DNA of 64,000 nucleotides from the NCBI GenBank assembly GCA_030390025.1, contig CM059432.1, positions 131,628,001-131,692,000 of the forward strand, in the 5' to 3' direction. Below the pieces are notes generated by a model that ran no database searches, was not told where the DNA came from, and worked only from the letters and a program-made list of their open reading frames with translations. Positions within the stretch are counted from its first letter, which is position 1. Every line of letters starts with the position of its first letter. This DNA is from Squalus acanthias. Taxonomy: Eukaryota. Below, one piece after another: positions 50,851 to 63,419 of this stretch. The translations under genes and the position numbers were made by a program.

Positions 50851-52873
50851 TATGCAAATTTTTGGTATTTAACAAATTCCTTGACATTTTCACCACTAAT
50901 AGCAATTTTCAAACATAGAAGTTGCAAGCGGTTGGTAAATATCACAAGTTGTGAGTGGAGATCTGAAAACTCTCTTACAACCTTGTAAACCTCTGACGGG
51001 TCTTTTACGGCAATTGAAACCTCTCCGAAGGAATGTAATGTAAAAAGACTTTTGTTTAAATATTGTTCATACACTGGGGAGAACCAGTTGTCTCTTCATG
51101 ATTATGTTGCTGGCCTGTGGGAGTGATGGTGGATGGAAGGGAAACTCTTGTAGATTTTTGTTGGCGGTTGGCAACGTACATATTATGTCATTCAACCACA
51201 GCCTGTCTCCTCCCTTCCTCCAAGTCTGCGAGGACTTTGGTAATTATACAAGTGAATCTTTAAAAAAAATAATTTTTATTTATTATCCACTTTACACAGG
51301 ACCTTTTTTTTTGCATGTTGCAAGTTTCACAGTTGTGTGGTATGCTCGTGACTTTTTGATCGAACTGTACTATGAGTGAGTTTCCCTTTCAATCCAACCT
51401 AATGGGAGACCCTTTGAAATCAGACATTGGATATACTGCAGAATAACTACGACAAAGGAAGTTGGAAGGGTACAAAGGGTCTCATTGTTACATTTTCAAA
51501 ACACCACAAAAAACAAACATGCTTCTGAACACATTGTGCTATAGTTATAGTGACACAAGTATGCATTTTATAAAAAAAGGCTAAGAACATTTTTAAATGG
51601 ATGGTGAGTTAAAAATAGTAAATAACTAATTTATTAGTAATTTAAAGTTAAATAATTTCCAAAAAAGGCTATGAACTTTGCAAAAATGAATTGAGCATTT
51701 AGAGGGCCTCAACAGAATAAAAATGTTAAATATTGCGCAATTTTAAAATTAAACGCCTATTTCTTATAATTTTCTATTTTTTATAAAATTGCTTTCTTAT
51801 GAGAGAAAATTCTGTGGAAACTAGTACATATGCAGTCAGTCAGTTAACTGTGATATCAACTTAACCAAAATGCGCACTGCAAGAATGGAGCTGTCCAGGT
51901 GCAAAGTTCCAAATTGGATTTCTTCTTAACACAGAACAAACAGCATATGGTTCAGAACACTTGGCAAAGGACTATGTGAGTAAACTGTGCAATGTAGACT
52001 AAAAAAATATGGTTAGCTTCCACTTTTAAGAGCAGTGCACTGTATTATCCTTCATTCCTATTTCATCATTAACTGTTAGCTCACTACATCATCAACATTC
52101 ATATCATTCGTAGCCTCGCTAACAAACCCTTGAAATCCTGTCCATTGCTCATCTCTCATTGTTCACAGCTTGAAAATGCTGGCTAAAAAAAAAAAGCCCA
52201 AGGTGATCTTGTATTTTGTTAATTTAATGGCACATATACAGGGTTGTAAAATATATCTGACATTCGTAGTGATTCAGTTATAGTGATGTCTTCGCCATGG
52301 GACTACTGGGACTTGGCTCATGAATTGTTCACGTTGCAGCATTAAATGTAATATGAGACTTAACATAGGGTGTCGTGTGGCTATAAAACACAAAATGCCT
52401 GGCTCCCGAGGGCTTGGAAGTATTTGCTTCTGAATGTTCAAACATGATTTGACTATTCAGATTATTTGTTGAACAGCAAGCTATTGTATTGTGTAGCATT
52501 TTCCATGCTGCCCTCCAAAATATTTAGTTTTCCTATTTTTTTTTTAATGTTCAGCTTATGCTACAACAGACTTTCTTGCTCTAGTTTTAAATATTTTTCT
52601 CCTTGTGGCCTGCAATAATCATGATTGTGTTCTTTAGATTATCATTTTAAAATGAAAAAAGCGATATGAAACACTTCTGGTTCTTCCAGCTAAAATAATC
52701 TTGCAGCCCTCAGAGGATAAACATATGCAAAATGAAGAGGCTCCTATTTTCTGCCCGACATTGTAATGCTGAGTTATAAGTGTGCATAAGTTATGCTCAG
52801 GTAGGAATATTTCTATGTGGATTGGATAAACAATTATAAACTTGGTGCTAGTTGTGTTTCCCCTCTGTTCCAG

Positions 52874-52997
52874 TTACTGACATGTTGGATGCATTAAGGG
52901 TGTCAAGCACAGCCGGAGTATATGTAGTGGAAGGACCCCAAATTGACCTAACTGCCTATCGCCTAGAACCAAGAGTACAGATTAGGAGAGAAACAAG
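52874..52997 (+). CDS. FACIT-like collagen: TSPN/NC domain exon a
   Basis: (V)TDMLDALRVSSTAGVYVVEGPQIDLTAYRLEPRVQIRRET(R); acceptor ttccag, donor AG|gtatgt, phase 1-2. Confidence 0.88.
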
Positions 52998-54304
52998 GTA
53001 TGTAATATCAACTAAAGAGGTTAATATGGTATATATTCTATAATTGTTTGTTGCTAAAATGAATCTGCTCATCCTCAAAATAGTTAAGTAAAAAAGACCA
53101 CCCTCTAAATAACATTAATACACAGTACACCCCTCCAGTATGCCATTCCTAGCACTAAGTACCTGCTACTTTACACTTTATAAACAATTTACAAAGGTGG
53201 ATGTTCCCCACTTGCCGTAGTCTATTTTAGAGATCTCATCAGCGCCATTTCATTACCAGACGATATTGTTATAGTGCTTTGCACTGCTGGGTGAATACAT
53301 AAATAAATTAGACATGTCAACATATGAACTATAATAAGTAGTTTTACACAAATTTTAAATAGAATATTTTTTAGCATTAATTGTCATTGCATTCTCCACT
53401 GAGAGTATTGGCACAAATTTAGAATATGTTTATAACCAAATCCACAGTATATTTCAACCATCAGAGCTACAACAGGAAGCTTGATAATTAAGCACTATAT
53501 TTGTGCTTCTGATCCATTTATCATCAGTTTTATTATTTTTCCAAAACTTTTGGCTTTAATAAATAAGGTTGGATTATTAAGTTAGTGCCAAAGATATAAC
53601 CGTTCCTACAGTGGTTACTGCACGGGCACTGAGTTATTGGGTTGTAGGAATCAGCTCTCTAACTTCGAAGCTGAACTTAAATCAACAAGTTATGTGACTA
53701 AAAGAAAACCCATGAATTCTGACTGAGTCCCTCGTTAAAGCTATAGGGCCCAAAATTCCACAATTTCTTTGGGCAAAAGTGGTGTAATTCCAGCATAGAG
53801 AGTGTAAATCAGATACACCAGAGTTACACCCGTTCTAAGAGACAAACTACATTATGGTAGAACTGGGTGCTGGCAGAATATGCACCCACCCTCAAAAGAA
53901 AAGAAAAGAAAGACTTGTATTTATATAACGCCTTTCATGACCTCAGGTCGTCCCAAAGCACTCAAAATGGCACACATGTGCAAATGAAAGAATAAAGAGG
54001 GCAAGCTTGCTGTCCCAGAAATTTCGCCATTTATACCAGAATTGCGTCGTTCATAAACCCATAGAAAAGAGGATAAGTTACCTGCATGACTTGTCAAACC
54101 GGGAAGTGGTTGAGTTCACAGGCTTTGACTGTTTACAGTCTTTATCTGAAATACCAGCTTTGACTGGAGCGATTTAGAAAAATCTTTTCTCAGTTGTGCT
54201 GCTAAGAAAGGATTCTGCAAACTGCCATTCAGCAGTTTCAGGCAGGGAAATCTCTTTCTTCCCGCTTTTATGTCATGGAGCCTTTAGTGTGGGGTTTACT
54301 ATTT

Positions 54305-55680
54305 AAGGAAAGCCAGCATGGATTTGTTAAAGGCAAATCATGTTTAACTACAGAAAACGCTGGAAAAACTCAGCAGGCCAGGCAACATCCGTGGAGAGAG
54401 AAACAGAGTTAATGTTTCAGGTCGAAACCCTTCGTCAATCATGTTTAACTAACTTGATTGAGTTTTTTGATGAGGTAACAGAGAGGGTTGATGAGGATAA
54501 TACGGTTGATGTGGTGTACATGGAATTCCAAAAGGCATTTGATAAAGTGCCACATAATAGGCTTCCCAGCAAAGTTGAAGCCCATGGAATAAAAGGGACA
54601 GTGGCAGCATGGATACGAAATTGGCTAAGTGACAGGAAACCGAGAGTAGTGGTGAACGGTTGTTTTTCAGACTGGAGGAAGGTATACAGTGGGGTTCCCC
54701 AGGGGCCGGTACTAGGACCACTGGTTTTCTTGATATATATTAATGACTTGGACTTGGGTGTACAGGGCACAATTTCAAAATTTGCAGATGACACAAAACT
54801 TGGAAGTATAGTGAACAGTGAGGAGGATAGTGATAGACTTTAAGAAGACATAGACAGGCTGGTGAAATGGGCGGACACGTGGCAGATGAAATTTAACGCA
54901 GAAAAGTGTGAAGTGATACATTTTGGTAGGAAGAACGAGGAGAGGCAATACAAACTAAAGGGTACAATCCTAAAGGGGGTGCATGAATAGAGAGACCTGG
55001 GGGTATATGTGTACAAATCATTGAAGGTGGCAAGGCAGGTTGAGAAAGAGGTTAAAAAAGCACATGGGATCCTGGGCTTTATAAATAGAGGCATAGAGTA
55101 CAAAAGCAAGGAAGTAATGATGAACCTTTATAAAACACTGGTTCGGCCTCAACTGGAGTATTGTGTCCAATTCTGGGCACCACACTTTAGGAAGGATGTG
55201 AAGGCCTTAGAGAGGGTGCAGAAAAGATTTACGAGAATGATTCCAGTGATGAGGGACTTCAGTTACGTGGATAGACTAGAGAAGCTGGGGTTGTTCTCCT
55301 TAGAGCAGAGAAGATTGAGAGGAGATTTGATAGAGGTGCTCAAAATCATGAGGGAGCAGCTAGAGAGAAACGGTTCCCATTGGTGAAAGAGTTGAGACCA
55401 GAGGATACAGATTTAAGGTGATTGGCAAAAGAACATGAGGAAAACTTTTTTTACACAGCGAGTGGTTATGATCTGGAATGCACTGCCTGAAAGGGTGGTG
55501 GAGGCAGACTCAATCGTGGCTTTCAAAAGGGAATTGCATTAGTACCTGAAGGAAAAAAAATTGCAGGGCTACGGGGAAAGGGCGGGGGAGTGGGACTAGC
55601 TGAAGTGCTCTTGCAGAGAGCCGGCATGGGCTCGATGGGCCGAATGGCGGCCTCCTGTGCTGTAACCATTCTATGATTTC
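54305..55680 (+). mobile_element. 5'-truncated CR1 LINE with an 86-bp insert
   Basis: SCLTNLIEFFDEVT...GVPQGPVLGP...SKFADDTKLG; LEYCVQFWAPH; 3' tail attctatgatt. Confidence 0.95.
54351..54436. mobile_element. Short Penelope-type insert with 15-bp TSD
   Basis: TSD aatcatgtttaacta at 54336-54350 and 54437-54451. Confidence 0.75.
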
Positions 55681-56655
55681 CATATAAATCCTTTATAATG
55701 GAGGCAGAAAAAGCAACCGGAGAAAGAGAAGACTACAACAAGGGAGAAGTAAACCAATTAGGAGGTACCTTCCATCAAAGTTTCCAGACCCTGCCACTCT
55801 CTTGAGAATGTATCAGAAGAGATCAGCTTAAGGAGTCATAGAAGAGAACTTTGTGCTCTGTTGCAATGTGACATTCAAACATCCTCTAAAACACAAAAAT
55901 GAAGCAAATAACTGACATACCTCAGAACACTGGATTTCATATCACAAAGTGGCTTTACTACATATATTTGTTTACAGCAGGTGCATCTTCTTATTGTGCC
56001 TTGCACCGGTGGCACTCTACTGTTCTCAAATCTATCCTGGTGCTGTGCCAAGATGCTAGCTGAGGCTAAGAGACGCCCATTATGCTTGGCTGTTCTGTGG
56101 TATCCTCTTAGGACCAAGATGGCCCTCGTCTCAGGGCATCTGAGTCTCAGGAGGACTCTTCAGCAGGCTGCATCGCCAGAGCAGGTGCATGGACAGCCTG
56201 GTCTTGTATCCTGTCACCAACATGAGCAGGAATGTGAGGGGACTGGTTGGAAAGGTAACATGAGCTGTGATTCAGAGAGAGGATGGTATTATGAATGCAG
56301 GTTCCAGACATGTCACTTGTGCTGGGTCCTGGATCCGAGTACCCACTGATCAGCAGAGGCACAACCTTGATGGTATCAGTTAGATCCTGCAGATTATAAG
56401 AGTTGGTACCCCCAGGTTCTCCAAAGCTAGTTTCAATTATTTTCTCCAAACCGTCCCCCAAGGCCTTATGGCCAGTGGTCAAAGCATTCACTTTGGATGC
56501 ACGGACTGGACTGGACACATTTCTGCTACAGTGACAGATGCATCTGCTCGTGATGCCGCCACTTGCTCCAGGTAGTGCTGCAATATGTCAAATCCTTCTC
56601 CCAATACTGGCACTGGGGATAGCACTGGACTCTGCCATGACCTCTACCACCTATC

Positions 56656-57349
56656 GGGGCAATTTAACCCAGAAGAACGGGTTTCCTGAAGATCCTGCTG
56701 AATTTAACAGCAGGAGCTGATTACCATTTTTTGTCTCCATTTCCCGGTCGCCGCCAGCCATATTGAGAGGCTGGTTGTCGGACGGGTAAGCCTTCGGCAC
56801 CAGGCTGTAGCCATGGAGTTGAGAGGAGGGAGAGAGGGATCGGAAAGGCCGGGGCGGGGGGGGGGGGGGGGGGGGGGGGAGATCGGAGTTCCAGAGGCAA
56901 GATCGGAGTCTGGAGCAGGGAGGAGATCGGAGGCCAGAGGCAAGATTGGAGGGCAGAGGAGAGATCGGAAAGGTTGGGGGGATGTCCGATCACAGGGGGT
57001 GGGTGAAGCAGGTAAACTGGATCCAGCAGGTAAGTGGAAAGGCACTTGCCTCTTGGATCCGGCAGTCCTCACCTCCCTTTAGCCGCTGTGTTGTCCAAGG
57101 CCTGGAAAACCTGGTTGGCCAGGGTTAAATTTAAAATGGTGGTTAAAAATGTGGCATGCAGACTCATTATAATATTTAAATGGACAACCTGCCTCCTGGG
57201 AGCGGGTTGGTTGCCCACTCCCCCATCCCGCCTCCGTTAAAAAAGGAAGTGAGCGGGTTGGAGGCGGGCTTGGGGTTGGGATTCAGATTTTTAACATTAC
57301 ATCCCACCTGACCTCCAAACCCTCCCGTTTTTGGGGGTTAAAATTCCCC
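56656..57349. mobile_element. Non-autonomous DNA transposon (MITE) with 26-bp imperfect TIRs
   Basis: ggggcaatttaacccagaagaacggg versus reverse complement ggggaattttaacccccaaaaacggg; internal poly-G run and gatcgg repeats. Confidence 0.7.
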
Positions 57350-57548
57350 CTTTGTGTTGGCTGAACTCTTGTCCTATTTCTCTGTGGTGCAACACATGAG
57401 TATACTGTGTACAACACTGGCGGGTAACCAGAGTGCAATGCAAAGAAAATTTATTACATTATTAAGAAGTATGAAAGTCCTCGTCACTTCACATTTAAAA
57501 TTGCCATGGGGGGAAAAAAAAGTGTTTACATTTTTGTGAATTTTACAG

Positions 57549-57939
57549 GTTTGTTCATCCACACGGATTCCCCAAAGAATTCTCAGTAGTCGCAACTTTT
57601 AGAATGAGAGAAGATACCCCTGAGATGGTATGGAATCTGTGGGAGGTAACTGACAGATATGGCGATGAGTTGTTCCGACTACGTCTGTATGGTGAGACCA
57701 ATGCTGTTGAACTCTACAACGTGGCGGCTGTGGGAGAGGAGGTCACCACTTTTGAGAATGTGGGACAGCTGTTTAACCGGGCCTGGCACAAGCTCTCACT
57801 TAGTGCCACGAGAACCCAGCTGACTCTATTTGTTGATTGTCAGCAGGTTGGTACAGCTCCCATTCGACAGTATGGATCCATTGGCACAGATGGAGTTACC
57901 ATTATAGCTACAGGAGCAAAGAATGATGCTACACTTCCA
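57549..57939 (+). CDS. FACIT-like collagen: TSPN/LamG NC domain exon b
   Basis: FVHPHGFPKEFSVVATFRM...WNLWEVTD...LFNRAWHKLSLS...LFVDCQQV...IGTDG, the FACIT TSPN signature; phase 2-0. Confidence 0.95.
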
Positions 57940-58724
57940 GTAAGCACCTTTCACTCCATGATATTCCATTTCAGCTCTTTATCCCACACAATTATGCATA
58001 AGTAAACCACATTTAAGATTGGATTCTTGATGAAATATGATGTGCCTATAACATCGGAAAGTGTGACCATCATTAATATTTTGCAGTGTTATCGGATCGT
58101 AAATCTAAAATAAATAATTTGATGGCACGTGGATTCTTTTCCTTCTAACTGGTTGTATTTTGCCACAGTTTTTGACTTGAGGGGCATTTGTAGTGAATAG
58201 TGGTCACCCAACTTCATTGCCCGTTGTGAGGTAATGAGAGGCAGCTCAGAGGTGTTGGAGACATTTATGTAAATTGGTAGCTTTATTAATGCTGTCAGTT
58301 ATTTATGGGGGGGGGAGCAGAAGCATAGGCAATATTACTAATAAAGTTCCCTGCTTTAAACACCACCAAACTTAAGATAAAGTTGCAAAATATTTAAATA
58401 TTCATAAAATTAACAAATGAAAGGCAATAATGAACTTGCAGTACTACAGAAGTAGTAATTATGCATTTGGATTGAACGGCTAAAACTGTTCATTTAATCT
58501 GTGGCCATACAGACTGCTAGTTAGCTACATAACTGTTACAGTGTAAGAAACTGGACAATTCATTGCTACAATTTGGTACTTGTATCTCGCAGGGTTTTTA
58601 GGCTTTATACTGACAATTTTTGTTGGCTCAAATACCAAACAAAGCAAGTTTCAGATTGCAGTGATGGAATTCTTCACACACGTATCCCTTTAAATTCATC
58701 TGCCATACTTCTTTTATATCCTAG

Positions 58725-58802
58725 ATGGATGTACAACAATTCAAAATTTATAGCAACCCAAGCAAGGCGACTGATGCAACCTGCTGCGAATTGCCTGGTG
58801 TT
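58725..58802 (+). CDS. FACIT-like collagen: TSPN C-terminal exon
   Basis: MDVQQFKIYSNPSKATDATCCELPGV (compare the FACIT FDLQ...CCELP motif); acceptor cctag, donor GTT|gtaagt, phase 0-0. Confidence 0.92.
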
Positions 58803-59244
58803 GTAAGTACAAAATTCACAAGAGATCTTCTTCTATGGGTACTTTTTTCCTTTGTTGTCAATGATGAATTTGTGCTTTCCGGAATGAAAATGACCACTGC
58901 CATTTACTTTCATTTCACTTCCTATTTCAGAGTTTTTTGAGTATATGTATTGTCTTTTCTACCCCAATTTTCTTTTATTGAGAGTTCCCCGTTGTGGCGT
59001 CCACATCTCTCGTTCAAGAGGGCAGGGTGAAGAGCCTACTCTCATGCCACTGCAAGCTCAGCTTTTCTTCAGCTGTCAGGAGGTACATGGGATAGGAGAT
59101 AAGCCTCAATGAAGAATTGCTATCTTTGTTTTACTTCGCTGGCCTTTGTCTTCTTCCCTCCTCTGCAGATGAGATCAGGGCTTCAACATGTTGAACATAA
59201 TCAAACCTGGGCCCCACCATCGTAGCACTGTGTACTGGTGTTGG

Positions 59245-59470
59245 GAACACAGGTACAGGAGTAGGCCATTCAGCCCCTCGAGCCAGTTCCGCCATTCAAT
59301 TAGATCATGGCTTATCTGCATCCTAACTCTTTTCACCCACCTTTAATACCCTCGGCTAGCAAAAATCTAGCAATCTCCGATTTAAAATTATTAATTGAGC
59401 TAGCATTTACTGCTTTTTGTGGGAGAGAGTTCCACCCTTCGACCACCATTAGCGTGAAGAAGTGTTTCTC
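59245..59470 (-). mobile_element. CR1 3' end (antisense)
   Basis: caggagtaggccattcagcccctcgagcc...; minus ORF REKHFFTLMVVEGWNSLP. Confidence 0.85.
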
Positions 59471-59641
59471 TCTTGAATAGCCTGATTTTAAGGTTGGTGT
59501 GTTGTACCACACTGCTGCCATATATTTCACAGATTTTTTTTTTTAAGGGTTTGTGCAATTGTTCTTGAATTTTTGCAAACTAAAAATGACTACATTATAT
59601 TTCTTTTGAACCTTTTGATTCATTCTAAACCACCAATGTAG

Positions 59642-59719
59642 TGTGAAAGACAAGGAATTGAGGGCACCTCAACAGAATGTGCCTGCAGATCTGCAATGCC
59701 TGGATTCCCTGGACCAAAG
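59642..59719 (+). CDS. FACIT-like collagen: Cys-rich linker and start of triple helix
   Basis: CERQGIEGTSTECACRSAMPGFPGPK; acceptor atgtag, donor AAG|gtaagg, phase 0-0. Confidence 0.88.
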
Positions 59720-59836
59720 GTAAGGCTTTTCCACCACTTCAGGAAGTTTTCCAGAGAATAACTTTCTTGTATGTACTTACTTTTGTATGCAGTTTACATG
59801 TATTTAAAGGTACTGAGGTAAATGTCATTGTTACAG

Positions 59837-59890
59837 GGTTACCGAGGTGACAAAGGCAATTCTGGATTTCCTGGATCTCAGGGTAGAAAG
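59837..59890 (+). CDS. FACIT-like collagen: 54-bp Gly-X-Y exon
   Basis: GYRGDKGNSGFPGSQGRK; acceptor ttacag, donor AAG|gtatgt; canonical 54-bp collagen exon. Confidence 0.95.
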
Positions 59891-60539
59891 GTATGTAAGG
59901 GCACGTTGGGTAAGTTTGCACTAGTTCTTGTACTTGGCTCCAATGTGGAAAGCAGTCACTTGGGTACCTCTCTTTAAAATGAAACAGCTCTATTTAAATG
60001 CATCACCAATGCATGATGAGCTCAGTCAACTTTTATCTGGGATGATAAATGGTTTCACTTACCATGGGTGGGATTAAAGCTATATTGTGTTATGCTCAAA
60101 AGTGTGCACCTTTTGCTCTACAAAGCCTAGTGGCTGGTGTTCAGCTGTGGCACACAGTGGTAGCCCAAATGACTGCCCCATGGTTCTCCACATAGTAAAC
60201 CTTCAATTTCAGATGCAATGTATGGGGTAAATGCTAAGTAGAGGAGGAGAGTTGAACAAACAGCCCAGGTGCCAAGGTCAATGTAGGAAGCTTTGGGCTG
60301 TTAAATGGCTCAATGTGGGAGGTCAACAAGTGAGATCTGTGGACATAAACTTCTGATAAAATGGAGAAAGGTTAAGGTCAGGACAGTTGGAGGAATTATC
60401 AGAATAAAAGGAACTGCAGACTGTTTGAGTTTCTTGCATTAGATTTACTTGTTTTTCGAAAAATACTTGCATCATAATGGAATATACTGTAATTTAGAAA
60501 CTGAGACACAGATGAAAGTACTGTGGTGATCACTCTCCA

Positions 60540-60990
60540 CATCCTCCTTGATCTTTCTGCTGTCTTTAATAGAGTCTACCACGGCCTCATCCATCCATTG
60601 TCTCTCTTCTGTTGTCCACCTCAGTGGCACTGCTCTTTCAGGGTTCCATTCGTACCTGTGCCAACATAGCCAGTACACCCCCTACAAAGGCTTCTGCTCA
60701 TGTGCCTGTACTGACACCTCTGGTGTGCTCCAAGTTGCCATCCTTGACCACCTTCTGTTCCTCACCATATTGCCTCTCAGCGACATAACCTGTTAGCTTG
60801 TGGTCTGCTTCCAAATATATGCTGACAACACTTGCATTACCTTTCCTCTAGCAACCTTGAATCCACAAGTGTCGCTGTGCTCTCCGTCTGCCTGCCAAAC
60901 ATCAAATTGTGAATAAGCTAGAACTTCCTCCAACTAAACACTGACAAGACTCAAGCCATCTTGTCTGGCTCTCACCAGAAATTCCACCCC
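60540..60990 (+). mobile_element. Old L2 LINE fragment
   Basis: LSSVVHLSGTALSGFHSYL...SGV; atatgctgacaacac (YADD-like); ttcctccaactaaac...aagact. Confidence 0.65.
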
Positions 60991-61827
60991 ATTGTGTTCA
61001 GTAATAAGTACGAAACTAATGTTCTAGATAACAAATAAGAGGCAGTTGTACAGATTGTCGGCTGTGGGCCTGCTCCACAATGTGAAATTACTGAGGTGAA
61101 GTTGATTTACCAAGAGTTGGTGCTCTCGATAGTGATGACTGAGCGAAATTTGTATTAAAAAGGGAGCCTCGCAATCTCTGTTCCTTCAAAAAAGTGAAAT
61201 TATTGACAAAAACTATGATGGGCTTTAACATCTTCTGTCCAGTGCTGTTTGTTTATTTTTATTTTTACTTTCAGTTCTGATATTTAAAAATTGATATACA
61301 GGAAGCAAGATGAAGGGCCAAGGCCCATACTGCAGGAAATTGCTAAGATTGGTGGGGGGGTATAATGGAAATGATGGGGCAAATCAAGAATAGTCATTAG
61401 ATGATGCCAAATTTAATAGTACTGGGGGATTGGCTTTGCAGAAGTTATTGCAGTTAACTGAGAGAGCTGAGTTAACACACAGATAAAATGTACATTCATC
61501 AAACCACTTTCTGTTAATCTTTATATTTCTGCCAATATTCAGCCCTGTCACATTGGTCTCATTAATTCCTCCCCAATAGTTTCTATGATAATGTCATCAG
61601 GACTCTCCTATATTCGAAAGTAATTTTGAAAATATTCAGAATAAAACGGATGCTCAAAGTAAATTCTTCTTTTAAGAAGCCCTGATGGTGAGATTCCACT
61701 TTTAAAGAGGTTGGGGAAAAACAATCCTTCAAGTATATTTCTTTTTCCACCACTTGTACGGGAGAGATTTGATTGTTCTACATGTTTGTGATAGATTCTT
61801 GAATTAAATGATTTGTGTGTGTTGCAG

Positions 61828-61881
61828 GGTTATCGAGGTTTTAAAGGTGCCCAAGGAAGACGAGGCGATCCAGGACCAAGG
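61828..61881 (+). CDS. FACIT-like collagen: 54-bp Gly-X-Y exon (gene continues beyond the window)
   Basis: GYRGFKGAQGRRGDPGPR; acceptor ttgcag, donor AGG|gtaaac. Confidence 0.95.
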
Positions 61882-63233
61882 GTAAACTACAATTGTAATA
61901 CATAATAAATAGGTTCTAGATCTCATACACTTTACATCAGGAGACCGAGATATTTTGTAGGCTGCATTCTTCATCTCTCATGGATAACCTGGAACGATTA
62001 CACTTTTAATCAGTGTTTAGCATTTGTGCTCTCAATTTTAGTAGTTTTCCAATTAAAAAAAAAAGACATGTTTAGCTATATATATACATATTTAAAAAAA
62101 CTACATATTAGATTATTTCACACAATTTAAATTAAAATACATGTAAGGGCTCCACAGTAGTTCAGTGAATAAATGATCAATTGTGCTGCTGAACCCATAA
62201 AACCAGAAAGCTCCCAGGCTCGATCTCTGCTTATGTTGATCTTAAACGAGTCTGTGGTGTGGTGCCTCAGAGTCCCTGGACTACAGAGGAGACAAATTTG
62301 AATGACTTTCTGATTGTTATTCAAAGACCCCCACCCCCCACACACCCGCCCCCTCTTTGTTGCTGGAAAGATGTTCACATGTAGACATCAAATCAAGACA
62401 GGATTGGACTTAACTGGAATAGTTTCCCATCGTCAAATAGCTGCTGACACTTACAATTTGTGCTCACATATGAAGAATGGTTATTTGGGTGAGGCCCTGT
62501 AGACTGCCGGCTTCCCTGCTACAGTACTGCCTTCAGGAGAGGAAGGATAAAATGGGGGGGGAAATATAATTTGATCTTATAGTAATATTTTTTTTTATTC
62601 GCTCACGGGATATGGGCATCACTGGCAAGGCCAGCATTTATTACCCATCTCTAATTGCCCTTGAGAAGGTGGTGATGACCCGTCTTCTTGAACAGCTGCA
62701 GTCCTTGATACTTCTTTGTAGTGGTTTGGTACAACTGTGTGGCTTGCTAGGCCATTTCAGAGGGTAGTTAAGAGTATATTCAGAAAATATATTCAAGATT
62801 TTTTTTTTTTTAAATTGTGCCAAGTCTTTATTTTTATCCCAGGTTCAACCACTTCCCTGTAGAGATCATCAACTGAGCTGATAGAACCAATAGTTGTTTA
62901 CAGTTCAGAAGGTAGCTATTTGTCCCATTGTGTCTGTCAGCTATTTGCTGGAGTAGTCCAAACCTAAACCCATTGTCTCACTCTCTCCCCATAGCCTCTA
63001 TCTTCCTCTGCTTCAAATATTTATCTACTCCTTCCCCTTAAAAGATGTGATGGTCTCTGCCTCAGCCACTCCCTGATCTTTACAAGTTTTATCCGCATAG
63101 TTATTGAAATGCTGAAATCTAATCTGCCATTGTAAACATGTGACTGAGGAGTTTCAAACCATCAGGAGTTGCTCAATATATATTAGGAGTACTTGTGATC
63201 TGCATCCCGAGATGCTCAAAGAGACAAATCAAT

Positions 63234-63419
63234 GGGGTAGAAATTAGTTCTGGGCGCTAGCGGAAAACGGGCAGTATCGGATTGGCCCCCAGTTATACAC
63301 CCCGCCCGATATTCACTGCTATTCACTTTAATAGAATTGAATATCAAGCATTGTGTATAACAGGTGGTCGATGCGATGCTGCCCGTTTAGCACTATCGCA
63401 CAAGACAAATTTCTACCCC
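63234..63419. mobile_element. Palindromic Harbinger/Tourist-type MITE with AAT TSD
   Basis: TIR ggggtagaaatt / aatttctacccc; arms complementary over most of the length; aat on both flanks. Confidence 0.85.

Noticed and set aside
58682..58690. gtatccctt, a U12-like donor near a collagen exon
   Set aside because: Single imperfect match lying in the acceptor region; the flanking introns are ordinary U2-type.
46011..61881. Assigning COL9A1, COL21A1, COL12A1 or COL15/18 as the gene symbol
   Set aside because: Domain order, Cys pattern and gene neighbourhood do not match any of them cleanly; phylogeny is needed.
62830..62870. Further collagen exon after tttttatcccag
   Set aside because: The following sequence has no Gly-X-Y periodicity.
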